NCBI GenBank assembly: GCA_036172245.1
Contig: JAYWIR010000033.1
Coordinates: forward strand, 1,240,001 to 1,304,000
Direction: 5' to 3'
DNA: 64,000 nucleotides
Source: Raillietiella orientalis
Lineage: Eukaryota
A program made the translations under genes and the position numbers. This document shows, piece by piece, positions 50,801-64,000 of the stretch. The notes under the pieces were generated by a model. It had not been told where the DNA came from. It saw only the letters and a program-made list of their open reading frames with translations, and ran no database searches. The stretch's first letter is position 1. Each line of letters starts with the position of its first letter.

Positions 50801-53800
50801 ATCTGTTCTTGAAATCATGGAAAAAATGAATTTATTGGAACTTTTCTTCCTCCTTTCAAGACACTCACACATGGCGGCCACCGTTTCTGAAAGACAATGC
50901 TAAACGTTATCAATGAAAGTTCGGATGCAACATTCATGGACCACTTTTAGCCGCAACGTCTCGCGCTCCCTTTCCCAGGAATCACTTCAGAAATTCTACA
51001 TGCATCCTGGAAAGCGAGAAAATTCATTTGGATGGGGACCCTCGAAGTTCTGGAGAGCAAATCGATAGCCTCCACTCCTTCCTTCGGCTTGAATCACAGC
51101 CAAACAAATTCCATCTGGAATTAGGGAAATCGTCCAGCAGCTCGGGCAGAATGAACAAACGGTGCATCAAATCTGGCAGGGATAATTGCAGCGCACCGGT
51201 TCGATTTACTCGCTGCACCACCATTTCGGCTCTCTACGAGAGATCCCTGCAATTCCACCGAATCTGCCGTGGTGCCGGTCGCTTTTCCAGGCATCCCTCA
51301 GGAAGAATTCAGGCTGTGGGAGATCCGTTGCAGAAAAGCACACAGCCACCACCTCTTCGACCCGGTTCAACCAGCTGAAGGTTCGGAAAGAGGCGATGCT
51401 CGGATGCAAACCAAACGCAACTGGCGGAGAAGATGGTTGTTTCCGCTTTCGCTGCTCGTCCAAGGTGATGTTCCACACGACCAAAGAGCGGAGGAAAGAG
51501 AGGAAAAGAAGCAAAGACGAATGCCGGACTGGTATGGGAGGAGAATAAGTTTTCTGACGAGATTTTGCAAAGCTGCGTCAGAAACTTCCATGACTCGTCA
51601 GGATGGTCAGTGCAAGGGAATGGTAAAAAAGACAAAAAAAAAAAAAAAAAAAAAAGACACCATTTTCGCTCTATGCTCCTCATCACGTTTCCAAGATACA
51701 TCCTGTATTTACTGAATGCAAAAGTGCTCCGAGAACTTCTCTTTCATGTTACGTATCTGCTGAACCACTATCTGAGGAAGACTTGTTTGGAGGAAGTTAG
51801 CTGGCGCGGGAAAAAGGTACTTGGATTGCAGTGCTTCAGAGCTGCAGCCTGGGACAAACCTTAAGCAACGCTCTCATAGACTTCACTCTGTTACCGAGGA
51901 CATTAGAGTGGACAAGTCTGCCATCATGTTCTCTTAACGGAGGAAAGGAGAAATAGCCCCGGTAGGTCGATGCGTATAAAAAATTCAACAGCCATGAAAA
52001 GCTTCGCTGGGACGAACAGCACCCACGCTGGAGCATTAGCACCTGCCATGATGCTCGTTCGGTTTCTCCATGCTGTGGAAGGCTTCCAAGGCATAAATGG
52101 GATAGAGGCAGCATTCCTGCGCTGCTCACGTGCCTTTCGACCCGTGTGAATTAACGATGGAACAATCCTCACCTTTGATCTCTTGATCTTTTAACGTTTG
52201 ACCTTTCAATTCTGCGTCATGCACGGATCTCCCGTACAGACATTTCCGTACAGGCTCTGTGCCATACACGAGCCTTCCTACACTGCCAGCTTCTTATGGA
52301 TCCTTCACTTAGAGCAGTGCCAGAATAAGCCCCCATCCAATAGCAGGGCCACTTTTGTCAGATGCCTCCCTCTAAATCTTCCAGTACCGACTAATGATTA
52401 CATTTTAACCGACCCCAATTTATATTCGAATCAAAGGAACGTTTCTCCAGCTGAACAAAGATCCTTAAACAGGAACTCGCAGCCAATCCCTTCCCACGGA
52501 ATAAATATTCAATCTCCGACCGCCGAGCAGGAGTTTAAATGTGAGCGCTTGTTTGGAGGACTTCGAAAATTGATGGAATAAAAGATCAAGATTAAAGATT
52601 TAGAGGGGTTTGGCAAAATTGAATACATGATGTTTTGTTTAAGAACACGAGATTTCAATTAGGTTTCTCCGCTAACTGAGATCTTCAAAGATTCATTGAC
52701 ATCTTAATCCTCAAGCCTCGTGTTTCGTGATTGAGCATGAGTTCTGCTTTATCCAGCAGCATGAGTTCCCCAGTGGGAACTCTGATGCAAACGCGCACCT
52801 ACGCACAATGGGCACACTGAGTTTGCCGAGCATGCGTTTCCTGCGGCACATCAACCACAGAATACTAAGACTCGTCGGCCCATCTTGCAGTCAGGTAAAT
52901 ATTTCCGAAGTACTCATCGCGATTCTTTTTTTTTTTTTTTTTCTTCCTCCTTTCATATTACAAGTGGCTGGGTTTACCCAGCCAGTTGGTATTTATTTAC
53001 CCAGAGCTTCTTCTTCTCTCATCCTATCCAGGCCAAGGAGTGGGACGTGAGGAAATCTCAGACGCGGGAACAGACTTCCGGGTCGCCCTGCATCCTTTCG
53101 CCCCTGATCACCGAGGTCAACAGGAAACGAATTCGTTTTCCAAGCAAACAGTTCAAGGATGTGCCGTCCTCCTGTTGTTGTTTTGCTTCCTCCTGCCACC
53201 AAATGAAGATCGCAATTGAGATGCAGGGCATCCATTCTTCCGCTCGTTCGCACAGCACCGGTTTCGACGTCGAGCCATTTTCGGCGCTTGATCTGGACCG
53301 AAAATAGGATTCGGCTCGATCCGGAGCAGTGGTTGAATCACCACCCCATTCGGAAGAGAAATGAGATCGCCCAGCCTGCTTGACGTTTCCGTGTGTGACG
53401 ACTCTGAAATGACTAAACTACTGATGAAAGTAATGACTTCTTCACGGGAATCACGCGAGCCATTGTCAGTGTGCATACGATGACTGTACGAAAACTTCCT
53501 TTCTGATTTACGACAGGTGCTGTCACGAGAGTCGATCCATGAGTCAAACACGGTCGCAAAAAAAGTGGAAGCTCCGTGTACTATTGGTCGCATGTCTTTT
53601 TTACAAGCATCGTAATCCCAAACAGCCGCTTCCCCGTTCCGATGCTTTCCTCCACCTGGAAGAAGATTTCACCATTGCATGCCGATAAAAGTCCTCCGAG
53701 TTTTATAATGGTCTCCGCTCTTTATTTCCTCATTAGCTTCGTGATCATCCTTACTTTCCCGGAGGGAAGAGTGCCCGAGACATTGCGCCAAAGAGGTGGC

Positions 53801-53949
53801 AATGCCACGGGAAGGTACCTGAGCTGTGTGATCGTAGAGTAATCAGACTCCAGCTCAAACCCAAAGACGATTTATTCCTAGAGAAACTGCTGTAATGCCT
53901 CCTTATGATGCACGGAAGGGGCATCTTGTATTTTACAGATTTTTCATCA

Positions 53950-55380
53950 TAATGGGAGTGACCCCAAGTAGTTGGCAGGCTAGAAAAGTATGGCTTCAGG
54001 TTTCCTCAGATGACTCCTTTCATGACCTAAAGGTTAGTAGCCCTAGCTTTCCGCTAGAGGAACCGACCCAAACTTGCATGGCAAAGTTGCGTGATGACGC
54101 TCCTCGGACTGCAACTGGTTTCCAAGTCAGAATCCATATCTCATTCCGGACCCGATTCCCAGTAGAACTACGTCCCCTATGCAGATCCCTAGCAAACCTA
54201 TCTTGACCTTGGACACAAAAGAAGACACCGTGAAAATGCGTTCTGGGTATTCTGGTGTGCCAGTTCCCGGTAACCACGTTTTTCACTGATTCCAAACTGC
54301 AGACGGTTCCTGCTACGCGGGATTGTCTTCGTTCCTGGAGCGACGACGCAGACGCGACGTGTCCAGCTGCGGACCGGAGCTCCGGTGAGTGGTCAAGCTG
54401 ACCAGGACCAACAACGATATCTTCCTGAGACCCGCGAACGGTAGCTTCTGGTTGCAGGGAACCGTCCGCACGTGGGCCAAGAACAACGGAGCGAGCCTGG
54501 AGATGCGGCAGCAAATGCTACACTCCTTCTAAGACAACCTCTCGCTGCAGGACGTCATCGTTCAGCCCACCACGCGTGCGCGGACGCAAAGAAGCTCCCT
54601 AGCCGCGACACTGCCCTCCCTCAGGGAGCACTTGCTCAATAACCAGTCGGTCAAACGGGAGGTCAGTTGCGAACTAGGTCTCCGGACGAAGGAATTAGGT
54701 GGGTGGACCACGGACCAGCTCACGGGCGCTTCGATCCCAAGTACCCCATTGAAAGGACTAATGCGCTGGGGTGAGCTGCTGGGAATACCACAGAAAGATC
54801 TCGAGTGGCCCCCAGCGCTGAACAACACCAGTCTTGCCCCCCTGAAGTGTCAAAAGTCGACACTTGCGCTGCTGCATTGGGGTCTCCTGTGCAACGTCTT
54901 CCGGTCTCACGGGATCCGGGGAGCTGTGGACTACAACTGCTGCAGGTGCGTGGAACGGGAATCCCTCCTGCATCTGCTTGTGGGCTGTGTTGCCCTCCGA
55001 CCCCTTGCGTTAACGCAACTTGTAGTTGCGTTACGCAACGGCCCTTGGTGCACCGACGGACAATCACAGGTACGTGATGAAGCGCCTCTTTGTGCGCGAT
55101 GCCCTTTCTCCCGGAGCATATCCAGCAGCTCTCTGCTGCTGTCTACACGGGATTGTGGCGGCCTGGAGCTACGCGAGAGGAGGACGGCACGATAGGGACG
55201 CCATCTGCCTCGCCGTGCGCTTCCTGCGGACGGCAGCCAGATGGCTCTACCTGGGGCATACTCGCATAGACTTGCCGGCATCCTGGAAAGGATGCAGAGG
55301 ACGCCCATCAGCACCCAGTGATCCCTTCCCTAACCCTCCCAATTTTTTTAGATATATTTTTTTGCTTTATTTTCATTGTG
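53950..55380 (+). mobile_element. Decayed L1/Tx1-like ORF2 (RT end, zinc knuckle, T-rich tail)
   Basis: LQVSSDD, TATGFQV, VLGILV; ORF 54632-55195 contains LLHWGLLCN...CCRCVERESLLHLLVGC; T-rich tail at about 55340-55380; protein-level relative of 28365-28613. Confidence 0.7.
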
Positions 55381-55519
55381 TATGCCCTCTCTCCGCTGCC
55401 GAGGTGAACCTGCTGATCTGCGTGCCGGTCACTCGGCAATTTCCGAGCATTTTCGAACAATTCAGGGCCGATTACCCTACGCATGTATGTTTACTTTTCA
55501 TCATAAACGTCCGACCGGG

Positions 55520-56450
55520 TGATAAACCAAGCTGCCGTCCGAATGGCAGCTTCCACGAAGACTCTGTTCTTCTTGAGCAGTTTCTCTTCTTCTGGAGACA
55601 ATGGAGTGGGAGGCTTCTCACCCTTTTGCAGCAATAACCAAACCATTAGACTCCTGATCCTGCAACCCGCACATCTGGACGGTCCATTACTCTCCCTCGA
55701 GTGACCGCATGCAGTTCCCCGTTCGTGCACTAAACTTTCCCGTCAGCGAACTCTGGAACCTCTCCAAGATGTGCCAAGAGAGGAAGAAGCGAAACGTTCT
55801 TCTGACCCACGTTCCCTTCAGCATGTTCCCTTCTGACCCTTCAGCAGTTGCAAAATCCCATGCCATCGCTGCCCGATCCTGAAGGAACGTCCTAGTAGCT
55901 GCAGCAGCGCTGCTGCTCACGGCCGTCCCGTACACGTCGCAGATGTTCAGAAATGCCCGAACTTCTTTTCCCTCTCCTGTGTGAGGAGGAAGTGTGGCGA
56001 GTCGGTGGAACGCGTGAAGGAAAATGAGGAATGCAGAGGAGCCGTCCATGCCATCTCCTTGCACTTTCACTTTCTCACAGAAGCGAGTTTTCTAGGATGT
56101 ATGTTTACTTCCACAAATGGGCGCCCGGGCTAATGACTGTTGAATCTTTTCGGCCGCTGCCGTGGTCGTGCAGCCGTGAAGTATCACAGCAACAGGCCAA
56201 CATCTTGCAGAGTGCGTATTTCGAAAGCGTAGAGAAATTTTAAGGGAAACTCCACCCCAGGAAACGCCACGCGTGAACCGGGTAGGGGATCTCGTGGAAT
56301 CCATTTAGGAAAGAACGGAACCTTTGGCAAGCATCCTTGCTCATTTCTTTTCCAGGTTTTAAGGATAAAGACTTCTTCCATTCGCACAGGATTCTGATGT
56401 CGTTGATCCCGTGAATACTCCGGGAACAGCATTACGAGCTGCTGTGTCCT
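55520..56450 (-). mobile_element. Decayed L1-clade RT fragment
   Basis: TRGVSWGGVSL (cf. RGVRQGCPLS), FLNICDVYGTAV (cf. YxxASG), SLTGK (cf. LSLxGK). Confidence 0.4.
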
Positions 56451-57989
56451 TCGTCTCTTGGCATAATCACACCGTGCCAGGGTCTTCAGAAAGACGGCTT
56501 TCCCCGTGGGTGATTACAAATTTCCACCGAAAGGTACTTTTCAGCACTGGGAGCGGATTTCTTCCACTTGCTTTTTGTTGCTGACTCGCTATTCATCCAA
56601 ACCATTTTGATATCTTAGGAGATGGGAGAACGCAGGATGCTTTTTTCCATCCTCCGTCTTCCATTGGCTGCTGAGTTTGCCTTCAGATGTACCGCTGTGA
56701 TTTTCGTATTCACTGTCATCGCAATTACAGCGAGGATTCCGGTGGGATGCGTGCCAGCTCTCTTCCGATCAGGAATAGATCCTGGGAAATGCTTTTCGGC
56801 CGAGCGTCCGTGAAGCGTGTTCTGGAAAGATCTCAGATTTACTTGGTTTCCTCAAGCCGTAGTCACCATTTGTCTTACCCACGTTCTGCTCGATTCTGGA
56901 AAGAAGTAATCAAAGATCCATTGATGTTAGACGACGGTCGTAGATTTCCAAGAGTTTCCGCTTCACGGAGCGCCGAAACTTTGCTGAAGACTCGTAAGAG
57001 ACGTCCATGGTCTCTTGGAATGATGGTAGTCCGAGGCAGTGTAGGAACAGCAAGAGTCGATGGAAAATCACGAAACCATCCCACTTCTCTGCCTACACTG
57101 CCAGTAGGCAGAGAAGATGGAGATGACATTACCTCCAGATTTCAGTTTCTCGAGAGCTACATCTTAATCTGAGACCTTGTTTCCGGGAGCACGGAGTTCC
57201 AGCGCTCCCTCCCCTCCCAACTAAATGGATCCGAAGGGCTGGACCTTCAACAACCCAGCCTCACTATCACAAAGCTGCCTTCGGCCGCTCAGAAGTCCGT
57301 CCGGTCGGTAACCGAAGGGTTAAGGGGTAGAAACTGAGTGCAAAATTCAGACCGAGGCGTTGCGAAACGCCATCTTCAAAGAACTCCGAAAACAAGTCAT
57401 TTAGAGTGGCAATGTACACTAGGAAAAGAGAAGAAGCACGAGGTGAACAACAGTGGTGCTCCATTCGGTTTCCTGGACGTTATCCTCGGTTTCCCGGAAC
57501 GTGCGCCGATGGACGATTCCCAGTCCCAAGAATACATTTGCTCTGCTTGCGTCCTCCATCGAGCAATCCCCGACCCCTACGTATTATCCATCCGCCCGCC
57601 GCTCGCTTGTCCCACTCCATCGGCTCACACTGTGAAGACTTAGGTTCGGGCCTCTCAATCTTCCTTCGTGCAAAGAGCCATCCAACCAGGAAGGTTTCAC
57701 CCGCCTTCTCGCTGTTCCAGACTCCTTGCCTCGTCAGACTTCCTGGATGGAGGTTGCTTTCTTCCAGGCCTCACCTCCACCCTTCTGAACTTTCTCTGAC
57801 GCCTGCGGTTCTCCAAGCGCGTCTTCGATCAAGTCAGCTGGGAATTTACGGTGGTCATGGACTGGCATCTTTTAGAAGATAAGCATTTTCATCTTTGCAA
57901 GCAAAAAGGGAATTAAGAAAATGACCTGCTCCGCAGTGTCCTCCAAGCATCAGAAAAGTTAAAAATTCCAAGCCGCGGCGCATTCTCCG

Positions 57990-58937
57990 CTTGTGCTTTC
58001 CAGCTTCCGAGGGACTACCAGTATCCATGGCGACATCCGTATTACGTTCCACGCACTGTCCTATTTCTCGGCATCTCCATCTTGTGGAATTTCGAGTTGA
58101 TGGCTCTTCGCGTGGGTCAAGAAAAGAGGCAGAAAACAAGAAGAGTCGGGTTCTACGGAAGTGGCTGCGGCATCTTCCCCGAGCGTTGTTGTTGCCGATC
58201 TTCTGGAGCCTTACCGGCTATCCTGTTAGGATACATCATCTCTGGACGAGGCGGGCAAGCATCTCCCGCTGGTTCTATGCCGCCCAAGGGGAAGGCGGAG
58301 TCCACGAGACCCTAGACTCCCTTGCAGGACGTCTCGAACGATCCCGAAGTCCGCCTGTATCGTGAGAGACACGTGCAGACGACATACCTGCGACCGAGTC
58401 GAAGCTGGCCTTTCCGAAGGGTTGCCTGGAAGCCGGAAGCTCTCGTCTCCTCCCTTTTTCCATCGGCGCGGTGCACCCAAACCGACAGAAGGGGTAGATC
58501 GAAGCGCTCTAGGTAACCAGACGCAGGAACTTCCATGATTCGCAGGGAAACACCTCTGCTGCAGCCTCCGTGATGCAGTTTCTTGGGCTGCAGCGTGCGC
58601 TATCCTTGGACGTGCAGTGGATGGACGCGAAACGGCTTTTTCCTCTCTGGACCGGTAATTCTTCGGACTCTTGGTGGCCTTCCACTCTTCTCACAAACGC
58701 CTGGAACCCTCAGGCAACTCTGGAGAAAATATCTACGGGAATCCTCCTCCTCCTTCTCCCTTCCCCCTCTTCGATGCCCACCTGACATACGCGAGCTGAT
58801 TTCATCACGAGAGTCGTGGCCGTCAGAGCAGCTGCACGAAACACGTGGACGAGCCTTTCTCTTGCTCCCTTGCGGTCACTGCGTCCTCGATCCGCTACCG
58901 ATCGTTTGCCGGGGCGTTTATCTCTTAGAAAAATAAA
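57990..58937 (+). mobile_element. Decayed Tx1-like ORF2 3' fragment
   Basis: SRWFYAAQGEGGV (cf. L..P...GGL), QWMDAKRLFPLWTGN (cf. arthropod Tx1-like TWLxxKGxFxPWxxN), LRQLW; AATAAA at 58932. Confidence 0.5.
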
Positions 58938-60699
58938 CAACCGGGAAGCGACTTCCCAAGGGGAACAACTAAAAGTCTGCGGCGAGGGTTCGCCGACGCA
59001 TAGGTCGGCGGGCAAGAGGAGAATCCGAAACGGGAAGCGGAGGACAATAAATAAATGAAGATGGGAAGAAAAGGGACGGATGGGTATCTGTAGCTTTGTA
59101 CTCTCCTTCTCCACAGCCTGTGTAAGATGCAGGTGATTCCCATTTGCAGCTCAGTCGCCCAAATGAGGCCACCTCTCTGCAGTTCCCACGAAGGCTGGTG
59201 ATTTCCTGCCCCTACAAGGATAGCTCCAGCGTGAAATGGGTTGCCACGACGGTGCTCGCGCTACTCAACGTAGCGATCGGGGTGCCTGCAGGAAGTCCAA
59301 CGAGGTAAAATCCTCGCCGGTGTCCTCTCAGCGTCCTACAGCAGCGTGAAAGCCAGTCTCCGCCACTGTTCCTGGAAGGCACCGCAGTCCCACAACAGGT
59401 GCGGAAACCATCCGATCATCCATCACCTGAAACAGTTCGATGGCGCAGCTCCCCCAGAAACGGAGACCTGGGCGCTCTTTGCACCGTGAAAATCCTAATG
59501 AAGATGACGTACCAGCTGGTGTTTCTCACCGAAGTGTCTTACACGCAAAAGGTGGGGACCGCAATTTCCTAGGGGAGCAGTCAGGGGCTCTTCCCTCCGG
59601 AGCAGCCCCTCAGTCTAAGACCATGAGGTGGCAAAGTTGACCAGCCCACTCTCCCTCCTCCATAGTCTCCGGGCTTGGTCACTCCCTCAGTGGCACAGGA
59701 GAACTCCCATCCTGCCAGGAGGCAGCTGTCTTTGCTTGTCCTGAGGGCAGCCACGTCCGCAATACAGGAATTCCTTTCCTCAAATAGAGAAAAGGAATCC
59801 CGATTGCCTAGAGTGCAATGTTTACATACCTTTCGCGCAGGATCCGTGCGTCGCCGCGCAGTACAGCTGGACCGCCGACCACTTACCTAGAGGTTTCGTA
59901 CTGCTGCTACTGTAGCCGCTGCGAACCCATCCCTGATTCGTTCCCAAACTTCAACAGGACTCGGTCATACCAGGAAAAGAGAGAGGATGATGAAAGCTGG
60001 CTCAGCATTTCTCAGTAAAGGAGTATCTGCATCAGGAAGAGCCACTGTTCTGGGAGGACTGGGAGCTTGGGATTCAGGAAAGGACGAGCTCAAAATCAGG
60101 AAACAAACGGAAAAGAGCTTGAAACTAAGAAGAGGCAAGTAGAAAGAATAAAAAGGGAAATGATATGTGGCAACATCCGACACTCGCGGGTGAGGTATTA
60201 GAACCACAGAATGGGTTTTAGAATGTGAGCAACGAACAAAGAGGAAAATCATGGACTTTCTCAACTGCCAGTCTGAGGACAGTGTATTCACTTTGCATAC
60301 TTCTTCCAGAAATTCTTTCTGTGTTCATTTTTTCGTGTGTTAATGGGAAGAATCTTTGAATCTGCCGGTTGACAACTGCCGTTTCTTCTCCACGAGGGAC
60401 AGTGGCTAATACAACTCCTGGTTCCATCTCGTGACATCCAAGACTGTTCCCGGTAGCTGATGGGACGGTCCTCGTGACATACATCCAGGTGCCCACTACC
60501 TCCTGCCGTTATGCTTTGCAGTTAGGAAGTGCGGCAGGAGATCCACTGATGTTGTTTTTGGCGGATCACAATCTGCCCCAATCTAGGAGAACTCTAGGGA
60601 ATCAATGAGGTCGTACGCGGCTGCTAGGTGGACGGGATGCCATTCCTCTGCAACCAATCCTCTCACCACAGGATCTGTTGTGGGGGCAGGGAATGACGC

Positions 60700-61700
60700 A
60701 GCATCAGCTGTCCAATATGAAGTGGAGCCCCAAATTTGAATTTTCATTTTCCTTGGCATCAAAGCGCCCGGCCCTCCACTCTTCATGTGGCACCCCTTTG
60801 AGGCGAACCTCCGAACTTGCAGTGCTTCACAGTTCTGCGGCTGTCCCTCTTGAGCGTTGGCTCGTATGGCGGTACGGAAACAGGAAAGAGGGATCCGAGG
60901 AGGAAATTCACTAGAAGGTCTCCTAAGAACACGACAAGATATTTCTCCGAGCTACCCACAAGGGAAGAGCCCAAGCAGGTCCAATCCTGCTTCTGTCTCC
61001 ACGTCACACCTTACAGGAAAGACCTTCGAATTCGTCCTGATGGCTCTCGGGTCCGCTCCCCGGAGAATAAGTTGGAGAAATTTCTTAAGAGGCTGCGCGG
61101 CATGGAGGGGGAGGTCACATCGGCGTCGTCAGCTTCCACTGCCGGCGTCCAGGACACAGACTTCGCTGCAAACGCAGTCATTTGGCCCAGAGTTTTGCAG
61201 CACGCGTTCAGCACCGACAGAAGTGGGACAGCAGGACGATGGGTTGAAGCTCCCCGAACTGCAGAATGAGCGGTGGGTGGGGAAGTGGAACTTCTCCCGC
61301 AGATGCGAGAAGGATCTCCACAGTACAGTTGGAGGCACTGGGCAACGCCCAGCGGATACCCTGTTCCGTTCAAAAGATACCCCCAAAGCACTGATGAAAC
61401 TCCTCTTCGTTCAAGACGAACCCTTGCCCGTTTTGGGTTCAGGATACTGTGTGGGACCCGCGAAGGCATGGAGTCGACCAACTGTGGAACGCAGGTGTCT
61501 CAGCAACTCCAGGAAAGAGCCTCCGTGGCCGCCTTCAAGCTAAGGAGTGTAGGAAGGCGCTCTACAGCCTAAACAGGAATGTAGAAGAAAATTCCACTAG
61601 AATCGCATGCGAGCTCCAGGGAACGAATGGTGTCCTTTCTTCCTCATTCATACATTTTTATGTATTTGAAAAATTCTCTGTTACATAAAGGGATAAGAAA
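60700..61700 (+). mobile_element. Decayed L1-clade RT fragment
   Basis: KAPGP at about 60760 and LMALGSAPRRISWRNFL (cf. LxxxGFGPxFISWI). Confidence 0.5.
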
Positions 61701-61749
61701 ATTCGAAGGAACGGTTTCCCACAGCTTGGACGTGTTTAACCTCGTCTAT

Positions 61750-63120
61750 GATGGCTATCGGCTGGCCCTGTTTGTTTGACAGGTCCATCGCTGGGAGTCG
61801 AACTCGGCGACCATGAGTCCGCGCAACCAGGCGCTCTTCTCCGTGGGATGCACGCAGCTGAAGGTTTCACAGAGAGTTCTGACTACCCCACTGCATTTTG
61901 TAAGTTTGTTTCCGGATGCCATCCAGATCTTGTGACGGCTTTTCCCATCCAGCATCCAATCCGAAAATCGTTGGATGTGCTTCAGCATCTCCAAGATCCT
62001 AACAAGAACCAACTTCTCAAGTAACTGTTTTATTTGTATTCAGACATCCTTAATTATCTGTCGGCTGTCCCTCCTCACCCCAGCCGCTTCTCCAGTGAGT
62101 TGCACATCCCGTTGTCCTAGTCTGGAAGATCTCTGGTCATCACTCATTGTAAAATTTGTTCACTCACTTTCTCATTTTAAGTGACTCTACGTGACAGGGT
62201 GGGAGAAATTCAGCCACTGAAACTCTCCCTCTGGGAGGAGGGGTAGGTTCTGCATTGATTCGCTAGGCAACCGACTTCCTGATCAGGGAAGAACGAGACG
62301 CAATTTTCCTCTTGTTGGAACGTCCTCTATGCCTTTGCCGATTCGCTCCGGAATCCGTGGGGTTTCCATCGAGTGCTGGACATCCCTAACGCCTCAGACC
62401 CCTAAGGGCACATCGACTCAAGCCACGAATCCTGCGAAGAGGACTCAGTAGATCGTCTAGGCTCACTTATCTATTCGAATTCTCGGCACACAGAAGAGCC
62501 GACAGGTTTCGTGGAGCCAGGTTTGGTTATGCCTCCCACGGGGGCCACAGGGTTCAGTTCTCGTCTTCGCTAAGGATCCTCACACAGTATTGAGGTCTCC
62601 TTCATTTTGTTTTCATCGTCGACTTCAAGCGCGGAGGCTCCTCACAATCGCGTTAGACTCTTTCACATAGAAGGATCCCTTGAATAGATAGCATTAAAAT
62701 AGGTAAGGCTCTTATATTTTCTCATCTTCCCTATTCCACAGGCCTTCGTGAAGAGACCGGGATTCTCAAGGGTGTTCTGATTATAGACTCATCTCATGCT
62801 TCTAATGTGCATCCAGGGAGGATCGGTTGCTAGAGCGCACTCAATTCTTCCATGATTCGCTTCACATGTCTCTTCAGAATCTTCGGTTGTCTCGGTGCTT
62901 CATCTTCGCCGGATTCACAAATCCCAAGGATCGATGCTCTCACCAGGCACTCTCTTTGAAGAGGGAATGCACAGGGAGTCCTCGATGCGAACTCTCCTTC
63001 TTGTCTCCAGGGGATGATTTCCGGGTGCACGCTGCAAAGCAGAGGGCTGGAGTTTTCTTTCTTCTCTTTCGTGCCTGCACCTCAATCTTACTCCTCGTAT
63101 TCCAGATCAGCATGAAAACC
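61750..63120 (-). mobile_element. Decayed L1-clade ORF2 5' part (EN to pre-RT)
   Basis: LIWNTRS (EN start), SRTPCAF, and EKSAWLRGLMVAEF (cf. NKSPGxDGLxAEF). Confidence 0.4.
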
Positions 63121-63322
63121 CAGACTCTTTCGGTGCCTTTGCTGAGTACGCAGAGCGGGCGCCTGATCTCCAATGGAGTTGTCCACCTCCTGCCTTGACC
63201 ACTAGGTCAGGTTTCGGCTGAGAGTCTGTTCCAGGAATAGTCAGTCTGGTTTTTTTCACCCAGTCATGCTGATTGCAATCTCTGGTAGTCCCCTGATAGA
63301 GCTTCGAGATCTTGTGCCTTCC

Positions 63323-64000
63323 CGTCGATGCCTCCGTCCTATTTCACCTGTACCAGAAGACCACCATCTTGCTGGTGCACTTGAGGAAGCCACCATGCTC
63401 TAGCAAAGAGAGCGCACAAGGGATTCCCTTCCGCAAGAGGGCAAAGACACCCAGGCAAGTGCTGCTGGAATGCCGGATGCTGCGTTAGAGATGTAAGTGT
63501 GTCGCTAAAGCACTAAGTTCCACGATCGCCGCCCCAGCAGATCTCTTTAGAGAGAAGTCCACGTCTCCAGACTCGCTGGTCACCTCGTCGATGACAATCC
63601 TCCACCACTTACGAGCAACAAAGGCTGCCAAAAGGAGAAGGAATGTAGCCGATACTCTGTGATGGTGAGTCATTTGTGATCACCATCGCCTGCATGCGAA
63701 GAGTGGTGGAACGGTCCAATGTGGGAGGCGAGGCACGAGAGAGCCTTTCAACGCTTGTGGACAGACTGATCCAAAACTGCCGACCGTTCGGTCTCTTTCT
63801 GGCACGATGCAGGTCCATGGAAGTCAGGTGGAAAACGGTGAAGCCAATCCTTCCCATCCCCTGTGCATTGGACTTATTTACTGTGACTGCTCCTCTTCCT
63901 CCTCTCTTCTCACGTCCTGTTGCCTGCGAGGGCGGTGTCTTCGGGTTCGGGCCGGCGCATGTAGGTGTCCGGCTGTTTTGTTTCGGTTTATTTATTTATT
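63323..64000 (+). mobile_element. Second copy of the (TTTA)n-tailed non-LTR 3' fragment (family of 29648-30307), running to the window edge
   Basis: Shared blocks ccatcttgctggtgcacttgaggaagcc, ggtggaacggtccaatgtgggaggcgaggcacg and the tail tgttttgtttcggtttatttatttatt. Confidence 0.75.

Noticed and set aside
1..64000. CRISPR arrays, rRNA/tRNA genes, prokaryotic operons or defence systems
   Set aside because: No repeat-spacer periodicity or RNA-gene signatures seen; spliceosomal introns and LINE relics show the DNA is eukaryotic.

Overview
Eukaryotic (arthropod-like) genomic DNA; I found no prokaryotic features such as operons, CRISPR arrays, rRNA or tRNA. The one clearly intact gene is a spliced, + strand RDL-type GABA-gated chloride channel subunit (Cys-loop family). 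Eight in-phase GT-AG coding exons at 6730-23254 encode about 504 aa, and the signal-peptide exon was not securely found. The channel encodes Ser at TM2 2' (the Drosophila A301S/A302S dieldrin-resistance equivalent) plus other pharmacologically relevant substitutions, and it appears to lack insect-type mutually exclusive exons. Its long introns hold decayed transposon relics: Kolobok/THAP-like DNA transposases, a NeSL/Utopia-like fragment and a CR1/L2-like RT. The ~40 kb downstream has no recognisable host gene and is packed with frameshifted L1/Tx1-clade retrotransposon remnants on both strands. The most striking non-genic structure is a ~391-bp, ~99%-identical inverted repeat (33836-34226 / 34556-34946) made of the 3' ends of two otherwise heavily decayed, tail-to-tail retroelements. 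All transposon calls come from by-eye motif recognition in broken frames, and their boundaries are approximate.
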